Source: Octopus bimaculoides (Eukaryota). Taken from it: a stretch of DNA of 56,660 nucleotides. Where the stretch lies: contig NC_068984.1 of assembly GCF_001194135.2 (NCBI RefSeq), forward strand, positions 67,602,577 to 67,659,236, read 5' to 3'. Below the pieces are notes generated by a model. It searched no databases. It was given only the letters and a program-made list of their open reading frames with translations, and had not been told where the DNA came from. Both the position numbers and the translations under genes were made by a program. Below, piece after piece: positions 50,077 through 56,660 of the stretch (its first letter is position 1; the number at the start of each line of letters is the position of its first letter).

Positions 50077-50284
50077 ACCTCCGCCTTCGCTAAGGCGGAG
50101 GTATTGTTTTCAGTCGTGTTTGTTTCTTTGTCCAAAGACAAAATATCTCAAGAACCGTCGGATGGATTTGTATGAAACTTTCAGAGATGTTTGGCCCCAT
50201 GACTGACATGAACTGGTTATCTTTTGGGATCGATCCGCTCCCGGACAAGGATCATGGATTATTTTTCCGTTTTTTTTTTGTTTT
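50076..50284 (+). mobile_element. Non-autonomous Helentron (HINE/DINE-like) left end
   Basis: 12-bp subterminal hairpin TACCTCCGCCTT-CGCT-AAGGCGGAGGTA, then GTTTTCA...TGTTTGTTT...GGATGGATTTGTATGAAACTT...TTTTGGGATCGATCCG, the layout typical of aquatic-animal HINEs. Truncated by the gap. Confidence 0.7.
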
Positions 50285-50553
50285 NNNNNNNNNNNNNNNN
50301 NNNNNNNNNNNNNNNNNNNNNNNNNNNNNNNNNNNNNNNNNNNNNNNNNNNNNNNNNNNNNNNNNNNNNNNNNNNNNNNNNNNNNNNNNNNNNNNNNNNN
50401 NNNNNNNNNNNNNNNNNNNNNNNNNNNNNNNNNNNNNNNNNNNNNNNNNNNNNNNNNNNNNNNNNNNNNNNNNNNNNNNNNNNNNNNNNNNNNNNNNNNN
50501 NNNNNNNNNNNNNNNNNNNNNNNNNNNNNNNNNNNNNNNNNNNNNNNNNNNNN

Positions 50554-50680
50554 TCTTCTTCTTCTTCTTCTTCTTCTTCTTCTTCTTCTTCTTCTTCTTC
50601 TTCTTCTTCTTCTTCTTCTTCTTCTTCTTCTTCTTCTTCTTCTTCTTCTCATTATTATTATTATCATTATTATTATTATC
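50554..50680. repeat. (TTC)n-(ATT)n
   Basis: Seen directly. Confidence 0.98.
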
Positions 50681-50683
50681 TCA

Positions 50684-50900
50684 GGCGTCAAGCTGACAGA
50701 GTCGTTGGCACGACGGATGAAATGCTTAGCGGTATTTCGTCTGCTGCTACGCTCTGAGTCGAAATTCTGCCTAGGTCGACTTTGCTTTTCATTCATTCGG
50801 GGGTCGATAAATTAAGTACGAGTGAAACACTGCGGTCGATGTAATCAACTATTTCCCTCCCCCTAAATGTGAGGCCTTGTGCTTCTTGTAGAAAGGATTA
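50684..50900 (+). mobile_element. Major SINE copy with AGAAAGG(ATT)n tail
   Basis: GAAATGCTTAGCGGTATTTCGTCTG...GGTCGACTTTGC...GGTCGATGTAATCAACT. Confidence 0.88.
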
Positions 50901-50950
50901 TTATTATTGTTATTACTATCATTATTATTGTTAGTATTATTATTATCTAA

Positions 50951-51163
50951 AGCGGCAAGCAAGCAGATTCGCTAGCACGCCGGGCGAAATACTTAATAGC
51001 ATTTCGTCTGTCTTCATGTTCGGAGTTTAAATGCCGTCGGGGTCGACTTTACCTTTCATTTCGGGGTCGATGAAACAAATGCCAGTTGTGCACGCACTGG
51101 GGTCGGTGTAATCGACTATCTCCATCTCACACAACTTCAGGCCTTGTGCCTAGAGCAGAAAGG

Positions 51164-51230
<67 letters not shown>
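50951..51230 (+). mobile_element. Major SINE copy plus (ATT)n tail
   Basis: GCACGCCGGGCGAAATACTTA...GGGGTCGACTTTACCTTTCAT...CACTGGGGTCGGTGTAATCGACT...AGAAAGG(ATT)n. Confidence 0.88.
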
Positions 51231-51234
<4 letters not shown>

Positions 51235-51235
51235 T

Positions 51236-51420
51236 AAGATAGTAACCGACCTTGGTAGAGCAGCAGAATCGCCAGAGCGTAGGACTCAATACCTTCCAGT
51301 ATTTTGCTACTATCAGTTTCGTTCTGAATACAAATCCCGCCAAAGTCAATGTTATAGCTCATTTTCTTTTTTCCAAAGGAGAAACACTTCGATATCATTC
51401 AAATTCTGTTGTTGTTGTAG
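51236..51420 (+). mobile_element. Degenerate major-SINE variant
   Basis: GCAGAATCG...CGTTCTGAATACAAATCCCGCCAAAGTC. Confidence 0.6.
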
Positions 51421-53779
51421 TCGACTATATTCGTCTTCCAAAATTAAGGTCTCATCCCTCTTTCAGAAATCAATATTGATTATATAAGATTAATCGCAGT
51501 TTCAATTATAATAGTATTATATGCGGTTTCCCCTATTGTATCTATGAAAATGGTTTTTGTTACGTCATCAATGCCCTGACGAAAACGACGAGCGTCCTAC
51601 AATCCCACGACACCTCACGGAAAATTTGAAGTGTGATGCCTATTTGAGAATCAATTACACATATTAGTTCTTGAAAATTAATTGCTAAAAATCAATAAAT
51701 TCATTGCGTAACTAATGACAAGGTATATTTCAGACATGCGCTCGAATATTTTCTGAGTTTTTAAATTATTTCGTTAAGATGAGATAAATCTTATTAATTT
51801 TATATGAACAAAGAATAACTTCAAACGATCAGTTCGTTTTCCCCGCGAGAAAAAATTTCATGTTTTTATTTTTCCTTCATACATATCTCTTTTAGTTTGT
51901 TTCTATCTGTAGTCATACCACTGTGAGCAAAAGCAGTTGCTACTGCTATTATTACTGTTAAATAACCACTCCAGTCAGTTATCTTAGTTAATGGAATACA
52001 TATCGATTTTGTTTCTTTGGCATGGGAACATTATTATAACGATAGGGAATATAATCGATTTATTCAGCATGAGAATATAACTGCTACTTTATAGAGTGGG
52101 ACGAAATTTTAGTACGGTATTGGAGTTGATACATGTAAGCATCCAAATTTATTGTATAAAATACTCACTTCATCTTCTGGATTCTAACATCGTTTCATTA
52201 TCAATAGCTTTTGCATGAGTTGCCAGAAAATCCTGGTAGTATAGAGAAGAGGGACATATGGTGACGTGACGTCCCTAATTTTCCAGCGGAAATTAATGGT
52301 AGGAATTAATAGAAATTGTAATAGACATGGAGTACTAGTAGTAGTATTACTACAAGATGATAATGAAGGAAAATAAATAAATGAAGGAAAAGAAGGAAGG
52401 AGTACAGAAAATTAAGAATAGATGCATTGTACATTTTGTCTTCAACACTGTCTAATGAATCATATTGTATCACTAATATTTGCATTTTTGTCAACTTTAC
52501 CTTCAGGGTGAAGGAAGTAAATGGAAAAGGCTGTTTCAAAACTGGAAACTATTTAATACATTATAAACACCCACACATATTTGAGGCTTTATTCCAAGCT
52601 TTGAAATCAATACTTGCGTGTATGAATTCCGGAGAGTGGAAGGTGACATTGCTCTTTGCAGCATTTAAAATCAAAACAATTTAATTCATGGTGGTTTCTT
52701 GCTGTCAATAAAATAATCTATGTACCCCAAAACGAATTTTGTTTATGTAAATAATATGGGCATAGTTTCGTGTCTTTCTTCAAATTTTTGTCAGTTTACA
52801 AAGAATATCTCCTTGATTCTTTGAGCTTTAACATGAAAGGAATTCAATTCTTCAAAATACCCCCCCCCCCCTCGCCGACTGTCTCCGAAACTTAGGACGA
52901 GAATTCTTCGCAAACTATAGAGGCACGATCTGAATCACTGAAACAGTGATATCTACTGAATGAACCTACGTTACAAGTATTGTTGTTAAACCAGATATCG
53001 GATTACTTCTACCACACAAGAATTAACGCAAGCTGAAACAGCCAAGTCATGATATGCTGTCGTAGCCTCTAACGTTTCTGTCAGTTTGCCAGTACGAAGT
53101 GGTAGATTCAATACAAACATGAGAGATGTCTTGTAAAGTTTAGTCACGTTTGACTTAAAATTGTTCGTTCAATTTCAGTAGAAGCTCGCTTTATCTTTCA
53201 ACACACCAGGATACTATTGAAATACCAGTTAGAAATCAGTATTCTTTACACAATAAAATGCCTGATTGTATTTTATTCTACAAGCTTTTATTTTCCTAAT
53301 TGACTCACGTTGAAGAAAAGGGTTGAGTGCTAAATTCAGTTGTCGTTTTGTGTTGCATCTAATTAACTATTGACAGATTTATGGAAATTAAGTTTTTGAA
53401 GCACATTTTGTCAGCCTATATTTTCATGAAGCATTTCGTTCAATACTATTTGACAAATATTTGACACATTTTCCAAAAATTATGCCTAGCTATTATGAAC
53501 ATTTTTTAAAGCTAATAATCGTTTATTAGGCTTGTATTTGGAACAGAAAAAAAAGAACAGAATATTTTCAACTTCAAAATTTCAAATATTGATAATAATA
53601 TAATATAATATTGAAAATAATATAAGTATTTTTTCAGAATCAGCCATCACCCACGAACGATCATTATGTGGTAAGATGCACAGATCGTTCACGAATTGCT
53701 TTAAGTATCTTGGTGGTCGTGAGCAGACATAGATACAATCTCCAGTCTTCAACCCGTTAACCCAGGATATGGTAGGTGA

Positions 53780-53945
53780 CGAGGGAAAAGAAAGAGTGAC
53801 CTACACCAGCTTTTAGATAGTATTCATTTCCAACTGAGTAGAAACGAGCAGCGTAAAAAGAAAGCCTTGCTCAAGGACAAAATGCACTGCTCTGCTGAGT
53901 CCATGAAACTATGATCGTGAGCCACACGTCTTACGCGATTTAACT
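53780..53945 (-). mobile_element. Degenerate tRNA/CORE-like SINE
   Basis: CTTGCTCAAGGACA (CORE-like) and ATGATCGTGAG...CAC resemble a reverse tRNA head. Confidence 0.45.
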
Positions 53946-54149
53946 TGATATTCACTATAAAATACATGTAATCTTATACAGCAATTCGTGAAAGGATGTT
54001 ACATGTTACCATATAATGATCGTTCGTGGGTGAAGGCTGATTCTGAAAAATACTAAATGATTTTTGGAATTTATATATTCCCATATGGATTGATATATTT
54101 TGATAAAGTTTTGGTTATTATCTTAAAACATTATACATATATGTTTATG

Positions 54150-54176
54150 AAGTACTTACAAACACACAATACACGA

Positions 54177-54212
<36 letters not shown>

Positions 54213-54320
54213 CATGTGTGTGTATGTATGTATATATACAAAGAGAGAGAAAGAGAGAGAGAGATACTTACATATACACACATACTCTCCAAACACACGC
54301 GCGCACACAGACTACAAACA
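54150..54320. repeat. (TA)n/(TG)/(GA)/(CA) cluster
   Basis: Seen directly. Confidence 0.9.
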
Positions 54321-54964
54321 TAGATAGCAAATATATTTATAATCTGAAAAACGTTCCACCATCAAAACATCGGCGACACACATATTTCATTACTGTTTGT
54401 CCCTTAATCATTGACAGAAAAAGAAACCTTTCCAGATGTAGTCAACTAAAAACTCTAACTAATAACCCAAACCCATCGACCCATAAACTCATGCATACAC
54501 ATTACTGTGACGAAATGTCAATATGCCAAATTTCTAAGGAAATGCAAATTACACATAGCTATATATCCGAAACACATGCGCACAAACAGACAGACACAGA
54601 CACATTCATAAATGTATATATATATATATATACATACATAGAAATATACCACACGTGCTGTTGGTGGTTTCTTTCCCTTCTTTGGACTTTATCCTTTCCG
54701 ACGAAAAACTATGGTAAAACACGGAGATAAAACATTACACTACAGATGTAACTCATATAACCAATGAACACACGCAAAAATGACGGCTATGAGTCATATA
54801 TACACCAATGAATATATATGATGCACAAATTTCGTGTTGTAATAAGAATCCCGCCTGATGATCGTAATGATATGGAATTTGAATCGCGCGACATGTTCCC
54901 CGTTACACTTTCAATAAGAACCATATTGTCTACAACATGTATTGAACTAAGAATACTAAGCAAA

Positions 54965-55070
54965 GTGTTTGTGGGTGTGTGGGTGTGGGTGTGGTTGTGT
55001 GGGTGTGTGTGTGGGTGTGCCTACGCGCGCGCATGTGTATACTTGAGTGTGTGTATGTGTGAATATACAG
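54965..55070. repeat. (GT)/(GGT)-rich tract
   Basis: Seen directly. Confidence 0.85.
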
Positions 55071-55859
55071 ATTAGCCAGTAAATCAAAGTTCTATAAGTA
55101 CTATCTTTAATTCAGTATTGACTCGAATGGAAGAAACGTGTCACACAAGAAGGAATTCAGATTGAACAATTTTCATGATGTTTCATATCCCAATTCCTTT
55201 ATTAAATTCATTCAGTTGTTAATCATAAATAAATATTGGAATAAAACGGTTTTGATTTACTGTCAGGTGACATTTGGCCAACCCTATATNNNNNNNNNNN
55301 NNNNNNNNNNNNNNNNNNNNNNNNNNNNNNNNNNNNNNNNNNNNNNNNNNNNNNNNNNNNNNNNNNNNNNNNNNNNNNNNNNNNNNNNNNNNNNNNNNNN
55401 NNNNNNNNNNNNNNNNNNNNNNNNNNNNNNNNNNNNNNNNNNNNNNNNNNNNNNNNNNNNNNNNNNNNNNNNNNNNNNNNNNNNNNNNNNNNNNNNNNNN
55501 NNNNNNNNNNNNNNNNNNNNNNNNNNNNNNNNNNNNNNNNNNNNNNNNNNNNNNNNNNNNNNNNNNNNNNNNNNNNNNNNNNNNNNNNNNNNNNNNNNNN
55601 NNNNNNNNNNNNNNNNNNNNNNNNNNNNNNNNNNNNNNNNNNNNNNNNNNNNNNNNNNNNNNNNNNNNNNNNNNNNNNNNNNNNNNNNNNNNNNNNNNNN
55701 NNNNNNNNNNNNNNNNNNNNNNNNNNNNNNNNNNNNNNNNNNNNNNNNNNNNNNNNNNNNNNNNNNNNNNNNNNNNNNNNNNNNNNNNNNNNNNNNNNNN
55801 NNNNNNNNNNNNNNNNNNNNNNNNNNNNNNNNNNNNNNNNNNNNNNNNNNNNNNNNNNN

Positions 55860-55949
<90 letters not shown>
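55860..55949. repeat. (ATA)n microsatellite
   Basis: Seen directly. Confidence 0.98.
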
Positions 55950-55950
<1 letters not shown>

Positions 55951-56660
55951 GAGAACACCGGGGATATTTAACATGTGAGAACGATAAATCACTGCTCCGA
56001 AACTTATCCAAAAACATCGGAAATAAAGACATCGCATGGAGCCAAAAGATAGCTGACAAAAGGTTGGACTATATCCGAGCGAGTAATACTCATTGAAATT
56101 TATTTCTATTTTTCCAAATATAATGATTTTAACTTGATACCTCCACTACCCGCACAGCGATCGTAAACACACGTGTTACATCAAAATCAGACCATCTTCG
56201 AACCCAAAAACACCATGTACAAAAAAATTACAAACAGATTAAATAACACCGGTATTATTCCACCCAAGAATAACAACCGAGAAGTGCGTACTGTAAGCTT
56301 GTTACGAAAAAACGTACGAAGATCTGAACGTGTAAAACAATCTGACAACAGAAAGGAACGAACCGGTACCCTACGAAAACGATAACCGTCAAAATAAAGG
56401 GCCGGACGTTGTTCCTCATGTCCCGCAAACAAAACTAAAACGGCATAAATGGACACGTGAGGAATACATTTCGATCCTACACGCCTATTTCACAGCAGTG
56501 CTCTACCCAAAAAACGAAAACGCAACAACACATACATATAAAACATGGAAGAAAAATAATGTAAATATAGACCTCGATAAAACAATGAACCCTAACAAAC
56601 TAGCTAACATAAGAAGATATATTCTAAAAGCAAAAAAAAATATCAGAAATAGAAATAGAA
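55950..56660 (+). mobile_element. R4/Dong-clade non-LTR retrotransposon 5' region and ORF N-terminus, running off the window
   Basis: The frame from 56342 reads ...PQTKLKRHKWTREEYISILHAYFTAVLYPKNENATTHTYKTWKKNNVNIDLDKTMNPNKLANIRRYILKAKK, then ISEIEIE after a 1-nt slip in the A run. This matches the R4-type N-terminal pattern KWTxEE...Y...W...LAxxRRxI...SxxEIE. The 5' boundary lies somewhere between 55950 and about 56215. Confidence 0.8.

Noticed and set aside
51560-51625. CRE-like TTACGTCA and CTGACGA followed by a GACG/CGTC hairpin
   Set aside because: No GAAA for a ribozyme, and a single 8-mer TF site is not evidence of regulation.
52506-52632. Plus-strand exon-like segment VKEVNGKGCFKTGNYLIHYKHPHIF...GEWK
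   Set aside because: Good splice sites but no partner exon or homology, and the minus strand offers an equally plausible mini-exon.

Overview
AT-rich eukaryotic (animal) genomic DNA, not prokaryotic. It has no long genuine ORF, rRNA, intact tRNA or CRISPR array. There are 12 assembly gaps (245-254, 961-1600, 11371-11560, 14081-14232, 15299-15552, 20108-20253, 23252-23351, 29078-29162, 31162-31412, 45307-45385, 50285-50553, 55290-55859), each abutting a simple repeat on at least one side. The microsatellite density and SINE sequences resemble those I recall from Octopus genomes; this taxon call is inference. The window is intron/intergenic-like and dominated by microsatellites, many tRNA-derived SINE copies and R4/Dong-clade non-LTR retrotransposon fragments sitting at (TAA)n tracts. 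It also holds a palindromic Tc1/mariner-derived MITE and a Helentron/HINE-like element. The most interesting signal is a set of minimal type I hammerhead-ribozyme motifs in short repeats of Penelope-like-element type, in at least four unrelated sequence contexts (best: 45445-45481 +, 26140-26187 -, 4267-4313 +). Almost all ORFs in the supplied track are microsatellite or N-gap artefacts. A few splice-compatible minus-strand exon candidates exist, but they do not clearly exceed chance and match no protein I can identify with confidence.
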